From assembly GCA_024137785.1 (NCBI GenBank), contig JAHRHZ010000115.1, forward strand, positions 1,010,293 to 1,074,292: 64,000 nucleotides of DNA. Reading direction: 5' to 3'. How positions within the stretch are numbered: position 1 is the first letter of the stretch; the number at the start of each line of letters is the position of its first letter. Positions 38,641 to 52,709 of the stretch are shown one piece after another. The stretch comes from Ginglymostoma cirratum (taxonomy: Eukaryota). The position numbers and the translations under genes are program-made. The notes under the pieces were generated by a model, which had not been told where the DNA came from, did no database searches, and worked only from the letters and a program-made list of their open reading frames with translations.

Positions 38641-39039
38641 AAGAGCATACAAAAGTACAGGGAAAACACAGCTACAGCACCTTGCATATAATAACAATTC
38701 CATAAACCAATGGAATGTTCTATGAAGCTGCATTTTTCATTGAAATTTTGTCAAGACCGGCTTGTGTTGTAGATTTGTAAAATCAGGCTGTCACATCTGT
38801 CTTCCCCCTTACTTCGCATGTAGCCCAGAATCTTCTGACTGCCTGGGCTGGGTGGCAGGTTCTCTTCCCCTAAGGATATTAGTCAATCAGTTGGGTTTTT
38901 GTGACAATCCTTCGCTGTCCTTTTTTCTCGTGCTGACCTCAAAAATTACCAGGTCCATTCAGCTCAGTTTCTTAACCTGCCTTTGTGGTTCCTTGGGTTT
39001 GCTCTGACTCCCTTTCTTCTGCTTTCACTCAATTTCACA

Positions 39040-39370
39040 AGGCATGAAGTAGATTTGCATTTGGAAAACTCTAATCAAACACCACAGGAGGGTTTAACAG
39101 AATCAAGCAAGTTATCACAATTTGAAATATCATTGGGTTGTGACCATGGAAGGAAAAAGCACCATTCACAGTGGGGAGAAACAGCATGTGTGTTGTGTGT
39201 GTGGATGAGGCTTCAGCCAATCAATAGGTCTGCCAAGGCACAACTATAGTGACAAAAGGGAGAAACCATGGAAACGAAGGGACGGTGGGAAGAGATTCAG
39301 GTTCCTCCTGAACTAGAAACTCACTGGTGCAGTCATACTGGGGCTAGGCCATTCACCTGCTCCAACTTTA
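39040..39370 (+). pseudogene. Truncated ZNF pseudogene
   Basis: Leader NSNQT, ATGGAAGGAAAAAGCACCATTCACAGTGGGGAGAAA, then broken fingers (ETHWCSHTGARPFTC). Confidence 0.75.
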
Positions 39371-39479
39371 GCAGGGAAGTCTGTGGTGTTCCAGAAGATG
39401 GGAAAAAGGAGGTGCGTGGGACTGAGCTCCACATCTTTAGGGACACAAGAGGGGAATAAATCCCCCATAGAGACTGAAC

Positions 39480-40340
39480 TTTATTCTGAATTTGTATCCT
39501 GGACCGACAAAGATGACTTTTGTAAATGTTTGGATTCAATGAAGATGTTGGGAAGAGGAAACTTAAATCAAATGTCTGGTTAAGACCTAACAGTCACTTG
39601 CTTCATCAAACCTGAAGAGCTGTTTGTTTTGCCAGTGGGAAAAGACTTTAAACATCATTGGTTGTGTGTCTGAGTCTCAATCAAGAGTTTCTAGAAAAAT
39701 ATCTGTGGAAATGACTGTATCCAGTCACACAGCCTGAAAAAAATCATCCCATTCACAGTGGAGGGACACCATACACTTGTGGATAAGGCTTCAACAGATT
39801 ATGCAAACTGGAGGGGCATGAGGTCACTGACACAATGGCAAAACCATGGAGATGTGAGGCCTGTGGTAAAGTATTTAATTATCTATCACTGCTCGAAATT
39901 CATTGGCGCAGTCGCATATGGTGCTCTGCAAAAATTGTTGAAATGTGAGGACAGAGGTAAAGGATTCTAGTATCCATCCCAGCCTAAAATTCAGTGAGAC
40001 AGTCACACTGGGGAGAGACCATTCATCTGCTTTGTACATGGGAAGGGATTTACTAAATGATCCTGACTCATTTTACACCAGTGTGTTTACACTGAAGAAA
40101 GCCCATTCAAATGCACTGACTGTGGAAAGAGGTCTAAGTAGTCATCCAACTTGAATGCACACCAGAAAATTCACACTGGGGAAAGAGGCCATTCACCTGC
40201 TCCATGTGTGGCGGCTGAGATTCCCTCAGTCTGACAGCCTGCATTTACACAAACACACTCTCTCGGGGGGAGGCCACTCACCTGCACTGTGTATGGGAGG
40301 GATTCATTCAGTGACAGCACCAAGAAGATCATGGAGTAAC
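39480..40340 (+). pseudogene. Second tandem ZNF pseudogene
   Basis: New leader at ~39490 homologous to 37090-37150 (-), followed by frameshifted finger remnants (CACACTGGGGAGAGACCATTC). Confidence 0.7.
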
Positions 40341-41849
40341 TGTGGGTATTAGATTCTACTGTTATTGCTGCTGTTAATCACATAACAGATTTATAATCTG
40401 ATAATAATCTGTTTTTACTGATGTTGCCAATCCAATTAACTGGTTGGAAGACAGGGGTTCCCTGATTTACAACTTATGAAAGCTGGCACATACAAATGCA
40501 ATCACACAAGGGTGTAATTTTAAAGATTCAACATACAAACATTTTCTGTCTTAACAAATGGCTCCTTTATATTGTCCTGCGTCACGTTCTGACTTGTGTA
40601 CAAGTCAACTTGCAAATAGTCTGCAGAATGGAACCCATTGCAACCCACGGACTGCCAGTACTATATTCTGGAAATGTGGCTTTTAAAAAGCTCCATCTGT
40701 GACCCTTCCCTCAATTCGAGAGCTTCCCTCACTGCTGCCCTGGGATGAGCTTCATCACTGACAGTGAATGGTGCAGTATCACACAGTGCAGGGGCTGGTG
40801 GCCATTCACCCTCATTGGGGCCATAGTCTCTTGAAAAGTTCTGCAATTCTGTCCCAACTTCACTGCCTTGTGCCCAGAGCCCACTAATTCTTTCCTCATT
40901 ACGTTAAAATTCCAAATCACTTTTGAAAATGACTGCAGAATCTGTTTCTATCTACCATTTAATCTGTTCCAGATCCTCAGAACTTGAGTCAAATAATCTC
41001 CACATCTTCACCTTGCATTATTTTCCAATTATCTGAAAGCTGCATTCTGTAGTTACTAAACATTTTGTCAATGTAAATAATTCTCTCACTTCAAATAAAA
41101 ACTCCTAGAAACAAATCTGCACCTCGACTAAATCACTGCTTAACCCTCTCTGCCCAAAGGATAATTGTCGGAGCGTCTCTCTCCACATACCAGAGATCTA
41201 ACATTTTCTATTCATTCATGGGATTTGGTCTTCACCACATAGATTTATTGCCCATCTTGAACTGGTGGTGGTTGTGAGCTAGCTTCTGAAGTGCTGCAGT
41301 CAATGTGATGTAGGGACACGTGCAGTACTGTATAGAGGGGATTTCCAGGATTTTGATCAAGCCACAGTAGTGGCAATGACTTTCCAACTCAGGATGTTGC
41401 ATGGATTGGAACGGAATTCTAAGTTGCAGTATTCTGATAATTCTATCACCCTTCCTCCTAGGTAGAAATTATGTGTTTGGAAGGTGCTGTTGAAACAGCC
41501 TTGATGAGTTACTGTAGTGCAGCTTGTAGATGGTGCACACTGCACTTCAGTGGAGAAGGAAGTGGATACTGAAGGCTACTGGGAACTTTGTCAGTAACGC
41601 AGGCCATGTTGTGGTGAGTGTTTTTGAGCTGCAATCGTCTAGGCAGTTTGGCAGTATTCCATTACACTCCTGAACTGTGCTTTGCAGCTGACTAGGGATG
41701 GAGTTTACTAACATCAGCAGAACCAAACACTGATGGTTAAGTCACAAAATTATGACCTAATTCTTATGCGGCAGGAGGCTATTGGGCCCAACATGTCAGC
41801 ACAGGCTCTGCGTAGGAGCTTAATGACTGAGTAACATATGAGTAATACA

Positions 41850-44360
41850 GCATGCAAACAGGCCCTTTGGGCCAACATATCCATGCCAACCAAGTTTCCC
41901 AAACTGAACTAGGCCTATTTGTCTGCAATTGGCCCATATTCCTCTAAACCTTTCTTATTCATATACCCGAGGAAACAAACATCTTTAAATGTTGTAACTG
42001 TGCTTGCATCTACCACTTCCTCTGACACGTCATTCCACAATCAAACCACCCTGTGAGAAAGTTGCCCCTCAGGTCCCCATTGAATCTTAACAATCTAGTT
42101 TTGAACTCCCCTACCCTAAGGGAAAGACTTTGCGATTCACCACATGATATACCCCCATGATATTATCAGCTTCTATAAAGGTGAATCCCTCAATGTCCTA
42201 CACTCCGATCAATGTACAGTAAGTGTCAACTGAACTCCCTACTAGATGACTACATTCCAATTCACTGACTGCAGTCCAATACTATTTATACTTCAACAGC
42301 AAAGTTTAACCAAACCGTCACAAGCTGTGACTGAATGGATTCTTAAATTTCTCCTTTCACACTATCCTGTATTGGGGAAAAGGCACGACAATCCACTGCG
42401 TATTATTGAAATGGAAACAATGATCCAATACCCCCACAAATGCAGCCATTGATCCAGGCAGTTTGTTCCACATCCTAACTAACATGCTGTGTGAGTAAGA
42501 ACAATTTTCTCACCTCAGATTTGCTTCTTTTACCAAACACTTTTAATCTGTTCCACCCCATTCTTGATCATTTTCCTAGCAGGAACAGTTTCTTCCCATC
42601 GACTGTCAGAACCTCTCAGGATTTTGAAATATCGCATCAAATCTCCAAGGAAACTCATTCCAACTTTTGTAATCTAACTTCATACCTGAAGTTTCTCATC
42701 CCTGGAGCAATTCGCATCAACCTGTTCTGCATGCTTCCTCAATTCATTTGCATCCTTCTTGAAGTGTGGCACCAGATCAGGTGTAACAAGGTCTCACTCG
42801 TGTATTCTACAAGTTCACCATAATGCTATCATTCTTATACTTTGTGAACCTATTGACGAAGCCTGGGATACAGCCTACTTTATGGACAGCTCTCTCCAGC
42901 TGTCCAAACACCTTTATTGCATATTGCGCATACACATACACACAGGTCTCTGCGACTGCACAGCCTTTAGAATAGGATTCATTATTGCACGCTGTCTCTC
43001 CATGTTCCTTACAACAAAGTCTATCACCTCACATTCTCCATATTTAACTTCATCTGCCACCGATTTGCCCATTCCACTTTGTTGAAGCTTTCATTCTTGC
43101 ACTCATCAAAACAATCCGCAAGAAATACCAATGTAAAGGGAGAACAATATTTATACTGTAGGAGATAAGAGAATGCTGATCTTCCGGCCAGAAGCAGTCA
43201 CCTCCCATTTCATGCCATTGAACATCATCTGCCAGCTTTTGGCCCACTCCCACCACATTGTCTGTGTCATTTGAATTCTAACTCTATTTAGCTCAGTTTC
43301 CAATGTTTTCCAGCTTTATTCTGTCGTCATACTTTGAAACTGCCCACTCTACACCAGGATCTCGAACATTCGTAGAAAGCAGGATAAGGACGGGTCACAA
43401 TATTGATTGCTAGGGAACTCTCGAGACAAACCTTCCTCCAGCCCAAAAGATCCCCATTAACCATTACTCTGCTTCCACTTATTCAGGCAATGTTGCACTG
43501 AAATTTATTCTATGAGCTTTAAATTTCCTCACAGGTATCCCAGCATGAAAATAAAAGATCATTAGCCATCATGCCTTACTATCATATCTGCAGCCATTGT
43601 ATTCTTGTTAAACTGCTGATTCAAACAGGAATTTAGTCATTTTTAACGGAATAAAGAAGAACCATGAGCGATATGACGAGGGTGATCTACACGCACCAAC
43701 AGAAGAGAAAGACAAACTTTAACAGGATTAACACACTCCCTTTTCTTGTGAGGCAACATATCAAATGCCTTTTGGAAGTCAATGTACATCACATCAACAG
43801 CATTACCGTCACCGACCGTCTTGGACACCTCAGCAAAAAGCTCCGGCAACTCAGTTAGATGTGATTTTTATTGAAGAATGGCTCTTCTTAAATGAACATG
43901 TCTGACAACGTGACTATTAATTCTATCTTGAACAACTGTTGTGAGAAGTTTCCTGCAGTTAAACTGGCTGGTCTGTACTTTTTGGCGCATCCAATTTTTT
44001 TTTTAAGAACAAGGGCATTATTGTTTGTAATTCTCCCGTAGTCTGACATCAGCGCAGAATCTAAGGAATACTGAACAATTCTGGCCAGTGTCCCTTCAAT
44101 GTCCACTCTCACTTCTTTCAGTACCTTAGATATATCTCATCTGATCCTGGGGCTTCATCAATTTGAAATACCGACAGCTTCTCCAGAACCTCCCTCACAT
44201 CAATTTCCAACTCTTCTCCTGACTGACTTCCGCCTGCGTTACCATGGCCAGGAGAACATCTGCTTCCTTGCCAGAGACACATATTAAGTATTTATTCAGT
44301 ACATAATGTCCCTCACTTCTAAGGTCCCAAATTGGTCCTATTCCTCCTTTAACCAACCTT
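41850..44360 (-). mobile_element. Old degraded CR1 fragments
   Basis: YIDFQKAFD (43643-43849) and YRPASLT motifs plus CR1 3-prime UTR pieces. Confidence 0.65.
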
Positions 44361-44385
44361 TTCCCATTCATCTGTTTTCAGAAAT

Positions 44386-44445
44386 GTGGGCAGCAGGATC
44401 TCAACCTTCACAGGGAAACCCCAATGGTTTTCACATCCTTCACCA
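44386..44445 (-). pseudogene. Highly decayed tRNA-Ser fragment
   Basis: CACAGGGAAACCCCAATGG core shared with 12973-13054. Confidence 0.55.
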
Positions 44446-44659
44446 TATTCTTTTCTGCTGTTTGTGTCATGAAACATCAACAGCACAAGTTTATTTAAAA
44501 AAAAGCCTGTTTCAAGACTTGAGGAGGAGAGGATTTCCCAGGGTTGAATGAATCTAGCTCATATTTAGCAGCAAACACCATTTATTTATCTGCTCCTCGG
44601 ACTTTATTGAAGGCATTTAGAACTAATGTAACTAAAAGCAAAATTCAGTCACTGGAGTT

Positions 44660-45600
44660 ATTTGTGGAGATGCTGGTGTCTAATCAGGTTGAATAACTGA
44701 GTGAATCCCTTCCAACAGTCAGAGCAGGTGAAGGTCTCTTTCTAGTGTAAACTCACTGGTGTCTCAGCAGGTTGGTTAACTGAGTGAATTGCTTTCCACA
44801 CTCTGAGCAGGCAAAGGCCTCCCCGCAGTGTGAACCCGCTGGTGTTTCACAAGTGTAGATGACATTGCAAATGCCTTCCCACACTTGGAGGAGGAATATG
44901 GCGTCTCCCCAGTGTGAACCCGGCAGTGTACAGTGAAGTCAGATGCTGTCCTGAACCCAGTCACACAGTGGGACACTTGAATGGTCTCTCATCAGTGTGA
45001 ATATGTTGATGACAAATTAATTCACCAGGACCTTTGTAACACCTCCCAGAGTCTGGGCACCTACAAGGTCTCTCATCAGTCTGAACCCCACTGATAGCAC
45101 ATCAGATCCCTGAAGCACTTAAAGCTCTTCCCACAGTCTTGGGCAGTAAAAGTTCTCTCACCGGTGTGAATCCGCTTATGCATCAGCAGACTGGATAAAT
45201 CAGCAAACTCTTCTCACACACTAAGCAGATAAACAGTTTCTCCCCAGTGTAGACTTGCTGGTGTGTCCACAGGTTATAGGGTTGAATGAATCCCTTCGCA
45301 CACTCAGAGCAGGTGAATATTCTCTCCCCTGTGTATACTTGCTGATGTATCGGCAGGTGGCATAACTGAGTGAGGCCCTTCCCTTGTGTGAATTTGCTGA
45401 CGCACTGCCAGTGCAGATCAGGATCTGAAACCCTTGTCACAACCTTCACATTCCCATGATTTCTCCCCTTTGTGAACGGTGCATCTTCCTCTCATTTTCA
45501 AAATCAAATGATGTTCACATCACAATAAACCAGGTCAGTCTGACAGATCCTGGTGTGATGCTTCTCAGCTGCTGATCTGGCACTTCTAACCCCCTGTGAA
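44660..45600 (-). pseudogene. Decayed multi-finger ZNF gene
   Basis: Many finger remnants with frameshifts ([31 protein letters not shown]). The upstream intron carries CR1 insertions. Confidence 0.85.
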
Positions 45601-45810
45601 CATGCGGTGAAATGGAAAGAAGGGAATGAGAGAGAACCTGCAAAAACACCAACGCAGGTTGTGAAATGGATGGGAATGAATCTGGTAATTTGTGGGGCTG
45701 GCCCCAGGAGAAAGTGATCATGAATGCTGCTGGATTATGGTAAAAACCCAACTGGCTCAGTAACACCATGAGGGAAGGGAGACCCATGAGCCGAGCTGGA
45801 CCCACACAAT

Positions 45811-47070
45811 AGTCAACATGGATTCGTCAAGGGCAGGTCGTGTCTCACAAACCTCATTGAGTTTTTTGAGAAGGTGACCAAGCATGTGGATGAGGGTAGG
45901 GCAGTTGACGTGGTGTACATGGACTTCAGTAAAGCCTTTGATAACGTTCCACATGGTAGGCTATTGGAGAAAATGCGGAGGTATGGGATTGAGGGAGATT
46001 TAGCAGTTTGGATTAGAAACTGGCTTTCTGAAAGAAGGCAAAGGGTGATGGTTGATGGAAAATATTCAGCCTGGAGTCCAGTTACTAGTGGTGTGCCACA
46101 AGGATCTGTTTTGGGACCACTGCTGTTTGTCATTTTTATAAATGACTTGGACGCAGGCATAGGTGGATGGGTTAGTAAGTTTGCAGATGACACTAAAGTC
46201 GGTGGAGTGGTGGACAGTGTCGAAGAATGTTGCAAGGAGACTTGGATAAACTGCAGAATTGGGCTGAAAGGTGGCAAATGGAGTTCAATGCAGATAAATG
46301 TGAGGTGATGCACTTTGGGAAGAATAATAGGAAGGCAGAATACTGGGTCAATGGAAAGATTCTTGGTAGTGTGGATGTGCAGAGGGATCTTGGTGTCCAG
46401 GTACATAGATCCCTGAAAGTTGCCACCCAGGTTGATAGTGCTGTTAAGAAGGCATACGGTGTGTTAGGTTTCATTGGTAGAGGGATTGAGTTCCGGAGCA
46501 GTGATGTCATGCTGCAACTGTACAAAACGCTACTGCGGCCTCACTTGGAATATTGTGTACAGTTCTGGTCGGCCCATTACAGGAAGGATGTGGAAGCATT
46601 GGAAAAGGTGCAGAGGAGATTTACCAGGATGTTGCCTGGTCTGGAGCGAAGGTCTTATGAGGAAAGACTGAGGGACTTGAGTCTGTTCTCATTGGAGAGA
46701 AGAAGGCTAAGAGGGGATTTAATAGAGACCTACAAAATGATCAGAGGATTAGATAGGGTGGACAGTGAGAGTCTTTTTCCTAGGATGATGACGTCGGCTA
46801 GTACGAGGGGCATAGCTGCAAATTGAGGGGTGATAGATTTAAGACAGATGTCAGAGGCAGGTTCTTTACTCAGAGAGTGGTAAGGGCGTGGAATGCCCTG
46901 CCTGCCAATGTAGTTAACTCAGCCACATTAGGGGCATTTAAACAGTCCTTGGATAAGCATATGGATGATGATGGGATAGTGTAGGGGGATGGGCTTAGAT
47001 TAGTTCACAGGGCGGCGCAACATCGAGGGCCAAAGGGCCTGTTCTGCGCTGTATTGTTCTATGTTCTATG
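45811..47070 (+). mobile_element. Young 5-prime-truncated CR1 LINE (RT, 3-prime UTR and (TTCTATG)n tail)
   Basis: [25 protein letters not shown] and HLEYCVQFWS motifs with a frameshift at ~46230. Confidence 0.93.
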
Positions 47071-47154
47071 TAAGACTCTGGCCCCTAATGGGAGGAGGGA
47101 GAGGTGGAAGAAGGCAGAGAGAAAGGGAGAGAAATGCAGGGGTCGAAGGAGAGA

Positions 47155-49560
47155 GCATAGAACATAGAACAGTACAGGCTCTTCGGCCCACGATGTTGTG
47201 CTGACCTATTATCCTTCTAAGATCAAACTACCCTACATACCCTACATTTTACTATCCTCCATATGCCTATCCAAGAGTCGCTTAAAAGTCTCTAAAGTAT
47301 CTGACTCCACTAACACTGCCGGCAGCGCGTTCCACACGCCCACCACTCTGTGTTAAGAACCTACCCCTAACATCTCCCCTATACCTTCCTCCAATCACCT
47401 TAAAATTATGCACCCTCATAATAGTCATTTCCACCCTGGGAAAAAGTCTCTGACTATCCACTCTATCTATGCCTCTCAGCTTCTTGTGTACCTCCATCAA
47501 ATCACCTCCCATCCTTCTTTGCTTCAATGAAAAAAAGCCCTAGCTCCCTCAGCCTTTCTTCATAAGGCTCCCCAGTCCAAGCAGCATCCTGGTAAATCTC
47601 CTCTGCTCCCTCTCTAAAGCTTCCACATCTTTCCTGTAATGAAGTGACCAAACTGAACACAATATTCCAAGTGTGGTCTAACCAGAGTTTTATAGAGCTG
47701 CAGCATAACCTCGCGGCTGCTAAACTTAACTTCCCTGCCAATGAAAGCCAACACACCAGATGCCTTATTTACAACCCTATCAACTTGGGTAGCAACTTTG
47801 AGGGATATATCGACGTGGATCCCAAGATCCCTCTGTTCCTCCACACTGCCAAAATCCTGCCATTAACCCTGTATTCTGCATTCAAATTTGACCTTCACAC
47901 TTCAAACTTTACTGGGTTGAATTCCATCTGCCACTTCTTTGTCCAGCTCTGCATCCTGTCAATGTCCCGTTGCAACCGACAGCAGCCCTCCAAGCTGTCC
48001 ACAACTCCACCAACCTTCGTGTCATCGGCAAACTTACTAACCTACCCTTCCACTTCCTATAAAGATCACAAAGAGCAGAGGTCCCAGAACAGATCCCTGC
48101 GGCACACCACTGGTCACCGATCTCCAGGCTGAATACTTTCCATCTACTACCACCCTCTGTCTTTTATTGGACAGCTAGTTTTGTATCCAGACAGCCAAAT
48201 TTTCCTGTATCCCATGTCTCCTTACTTTCTGAATGAGCCTACCATGGGGAACCTTATTAAATGCCTTGCTAAAATCCATATACACCACATCACTACTCTG
48301 TCTTCATCAACCTGTTTTGTCACATTCTCAAAGAATTCAATATGGCTTGCGAGGCATGACCTGCCCTTCACAAAGCCACGGTGACTATTTCTAATCAAAC
48401 TGAGCTTTTCCAAATAATCATAAATACTATCTCTCAGAATCCTCTCCAATAATGTGTCCACCACAGTTGTGAGACAGACCTGTCTGTAATTCCCAGGATT
48501 ATCTCTACTCTCTTTCTTGAACAAGGAAATGACAGTTGTCACCATCCAATCATCTGGTACTACTCCAGGAGATAGTGAGGACGCAAAGATCATTGCCAAA
48601 GGGGCAGCAATCTCTTCCCTTGCTTCCCGCAACAACCTTGGGTATATCCCGTCTGGGCAAGGGGACTTATCTATCCTCATGTTTTTCAAAATTTCTAGCA
48701 CATCCTCCTTCCTAACATCAACCTGTTCGAGCATATCTACCTGTTTCATGCTGTCCTCACAAATGGCAAGGTCCCTCTCACTGGTGAATACTGAAGCAAA
48801 TTATTCATTAAGGACCTCCCCTATCTCCTCTGACTCCGCGCACAAGTTCCCTCCACTATCCCTGATTGGCCTACCCTCACTCTGGCCATCCTCTTGTTCC
48901 TCACATAAGCATAGAAGGCCTTCGGGTTTTCCTTGAACCTACCCGCCAAGGTTTGCTCATACCCACTTCTAGCTCTCCTAAGTCCATTCTTCACTTCCTT
49001 CTGGCTACCTTGTAGACCTCTACAGCCCTGTCTGATCCTTGCTTCCTCAACCTTAAGTCCTTCTTCCTCTTGAATAGGTGTTCCAAATGTCTTGTCATCC
49101 AAGGTTCCTTCGCCTTACCAACACTTCCATGCCTCAGTGGGACAAACTTATCCAGTACGTGTAGCAACTGCTCCTTGAAAAAACCTCCACATTTCTGTTG
49201 TGCATTTCCCTGAGAACATCTGATTGCAATTTATGCTCCACAGTTCTTGCCTAATAGCATTGAAATTCTGCCTCCCCCAATTAAATACTTTCCCATACCA
49301 TCTGCGCCTATCCCTCTCCTTGACGATAGTAAAGGTCAGGGAGTTGTGATCACTATCACCGAAAAGCTCTCCCAAGAGATCTGACACCTGGACTGGTTCG
49401 TTACCAAGCACTAAATCCAATATGGCCTCCCCTCTGGTCGGCCTATCTACATATTGAGTCAGAGATCCTTCCTAGGAGGTTCCAGTCCATACTAGAAGTT
49501 GAAATCACCCATGACAACATCCCTATTATTCTGAACCCTTCCAAAATTTGCCTCCCAATC
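47155..49560 (-). mobile_element. CR1 LINE ORF2 fragment, tail-to-tail with 45811-47070
   Basis: DSDHN, PDGIYPRLLRE, NYRQVCLT and RPHLEYCVQF motifs with a (CATAGAA)n tail. Confidence 0.92.
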
Positions 49561-51169
49561 TGGTCCGAGCAAGAGCACGAGAGACTTCATTCATTTCTCT
49601 AGAACTTGATCAGAACTTTGACAGAGACTCCCAAACCTTCACTCCCCACCTCCGGGAAGGACAAGGATAGCAGGGTAATGTGAACACAATCACCTCCAAA
49701 TCACACAAGGTCCCATCCTGAATGAGCTGTCATTTTATCAATTTACATATTGGGAAGACTGAAGCCATTGTCTTCATACCTCGATGACAAATTCCACTTC
49801 TCACCAACTCCGCCCCACAACCTATTAACTATCTGAGGCTGAACCTGGGCTGTTCAGAAAGTATTTCACCCCAAGATGACTTTCCAATCACATATCCCTA
49901 TCATCACTAAGACTGCCTCTTTCCACCTCAGCAACTTCACTCGACTCCAATCTCAGCTCACCTGTTGCTAAAACTCTCATCCATTCTTTTGTTACCTCTA
50001 GAGTTCATTCTTCTAACTGCTGTGACTCCAGTTGATGGGATATTTGGACAATTCAGATTTTGAATGAAACCTGACTTGATAATTGTTTGTTATTTTCTTT
50101 CGTTGGAGAACATACTGTTCTTTGATTGAGACGTATTCACATGAGACAGCAGTTCTTACCATCCCCCCCACCCCGCCACAAGAGAACAGAATTTATCACA
50201 TTAAAGATGGTAGAAAACAAGCCATCTGTACATCAGGAAGAAGTGATGAAAATCTTAAAACTCAAAGCAAAACAATTTTTGCAACCTACTCTCCAATACC
50301 ATTAATTTACAGAAATTACACTACCATATCAAATCCTTCAGTTTTACTTCATTGATCCTCTCCAATTCCTTTTGAGTGAGAAAATTCCACACACCAAGGA
50401 ATGCTCACACCATAGAGAGCTTAAACTCTCTCAGTTTGTGGTAACGTGCAGATTTTAAACAAAAAACTTGTCTGTTCTTGAAGCTGAACAAACTAAACAT
50501 ATGCTGATATTACTTACACCCAAAATGCCCTGAAAAGCTTCTAAAGGAACCACACCAGCACCATACACATCAAACCTCTCAAAGACAACACAGCACAGCA
50601 GAAACAGCTTGAAACTGTAGACGAATGATCAAAAATACTCACCTCTGGAATATCAGATTCCAGTTTTGAAATCTCATGCTGGGTCGTGCAGCTGGAAAGA
50701 TATCAGCAAAAAAGTGCAGTCAGAGAAAAGTCTCACTGTTGAGAAAATGCTAAGGCTATGGGTAATGTCACAGCATCCTCATTGAAAATCCTATCGAGGA
50801 CATTTACAAAATCCATCACTATCAGTCGGGGATAAATACTCAGAAGAGACAAACATTTCGCTTGATTTGAGTTTACTGTGTGTAGATCCTCCCTTTCTAA
50901 CCACAAAAACTCCATACTTGTCAATTCAGAATAGAAATTCACAATATTATCCCCTCCTATTCCAGGATGCCCTCACATGTTCCCTGCTGCTCATTGCCTC
51001 TCCTTGGAAAATGCCTTGATGTGAGGGAGAGTCTACACAGGGTCAGGAGTTCCTGCTTTGGGTCTTCATGGGACTTAACAAGAGCCACAGATTTTTGATC
51101 AATGGGGCAGGATGTCCCCTGAAGTAGAGCAATCTAGACAGGATTTGCTTCCTTTCCTTTTCTTCTGTG

Positions 51170-51700
51170 TCACCGCTCTGCCTAATAAGACATTGGGTGT
51201 GAAAGGTTAACGCAGCTTGATGGTCAAGTTGTCGCCATTCTGAACAATGGGCAGCAAGCCCATCCTCCCAGTTATTCCAAATATTGCCCCCAAAGATGGG
51301 AGCAGCCCCTGCACCCTGCTGCCCAGTGCCCCAATAAAGATGGTGCCCATCACACCGAGGCCTTGTCTTTGCATGAAAGCCTCCAGTCTCTAATTCGACG
51401 TTGCTGCTCGCAAACGACCTATCCAAATGTCGTTTTCTGGATTTTGCGTCTTACTTAAAAAGACCACAATATCTATCTGGCTACGTGCCCAATACATCAC
51501 CTCCCCCCATCACGCCTCACTGGTAATTTTTCTAGAGCCGAGAAGGAAATTTCCGCCATCGTTGTCGTCACTCATTCTGCGTATGCTCACTTCTGCATCG
51601 ACTCTACACCTGTGCACTGATTGCACGTTCCATGAATATGGGACTTTCCAAAGCACCCGGAATGCTGGGTAGCATAGCCACCAGCAGAAGCGGAAAAATT
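51170..51700. promoter_or_regulatory. Decayed paralog of the 60040-60600 promoter
   Basis: Direct homology (CCGCTCTGC..AATAAGAC.TTGGGTGTGAAAGG and CCATTCTGAACAATGG) with transition-decayed NRF1 sites. Confidence 0.6.
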
Positions 51701-52682
51701 ACTTTTCCAGTTTTTTTAAAAACATGGAATACAAAATGAAGTGGGATAGTCAAATAATACTGGTAAGAAATAAGTTATACTGACATCCATCAAAGCCACA
51801 GACTGAAGCAAGATACAACACTCAGTTCCCTTTTTAGAACACCTTGTTACCAAACAGGATTCCATTCAGCCATCATACTTGAGTGTAGTGGGGGGGTGGG
51901 GCAAACAGTGGAATAGTATTAAGCAAATATGAGCGATCAAACTGACAGAGACAGGATTCAGGCAATGTGAAAAAAATGCCAGGCAAAGAGATCAATGCAC
52001 CAGTAAAACGAGCAAACGGGAGCGCTCACTAAACCTGCGAGTAGAAGTTACACAAGACAGAGGGAGTGACACTTTCTCTGAGCTTCAATTTGGAAACCTG
52101 AGCTGATAGTTGTGGAAAATCCCTCCTCATGAATGTTTCTTTTCAAATGAAAGGGGTTTTGTAAATTTGGCAATGGCTGCAGCAGATTCTTCCTGTCATC
52201 AGGTGCTTTGTAACCAAAATCTCAAAATCCGGTCCACAAAATGAGGAGCGGCAGAACAAAAAAATTGATGAAAGCATTGAGTGTGACTCAGCAGAGGAGC
52301 AGTTCTTTCTGTAACAGAGATGAATGGGTTATTGTGGCAGACTGTCACATTTATTCACCGCCTCACAGAGTGACTGGGAGTGATACAGGATCCTTAAAGA
52401 TGAGGATGGCAACATTAAATATATGTATTAAATATTAAACTCTGGAACAATTACTGAAATTGGATAACAATGTTCTGAAGGAGTTACATCTGAGAAGTGG
52501 AATATGTCAATGACATTACTGGAGATTGAGAGGAATGAACTTAAACATTGGGAATTTGTAAAACAATTACCTTCATAATCCTGGGAATTCAGAACCCACA
52601 GAAGTACCAGGTTGATACCACATTGGTCTCCTTATAAAATAGCATTTGAATGCTTGTTTTGGGTGGCCTGGCTAACACGTAC

Positions 52683-52709
52683 TTGTGGGTTCAAGCCCTA
52701 TGTTGGGTG
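52683..52709 (+). pseudogene. tRNA-Lys(CTT) 3-prime fragment
   Basis: TGTGGGTTCAAGCCCTATGTTGGGTG resembles CGTGGGTTCGAGCCCCACGTTGGGCG with transition decay. Confidence 0.45.

Noticed and set aside
45874-46826. Intact reverse-transcriptase gene or prokaryotic RT system
   Set aside because: Frameshifted, 5-prime-truncated CR1 LINE with a typical tail.
50021-50772. Possible solo LTR (TGTGAC...GTCACA)
   Set aside because: No TSD and no second copy in the window, so there is too little support.
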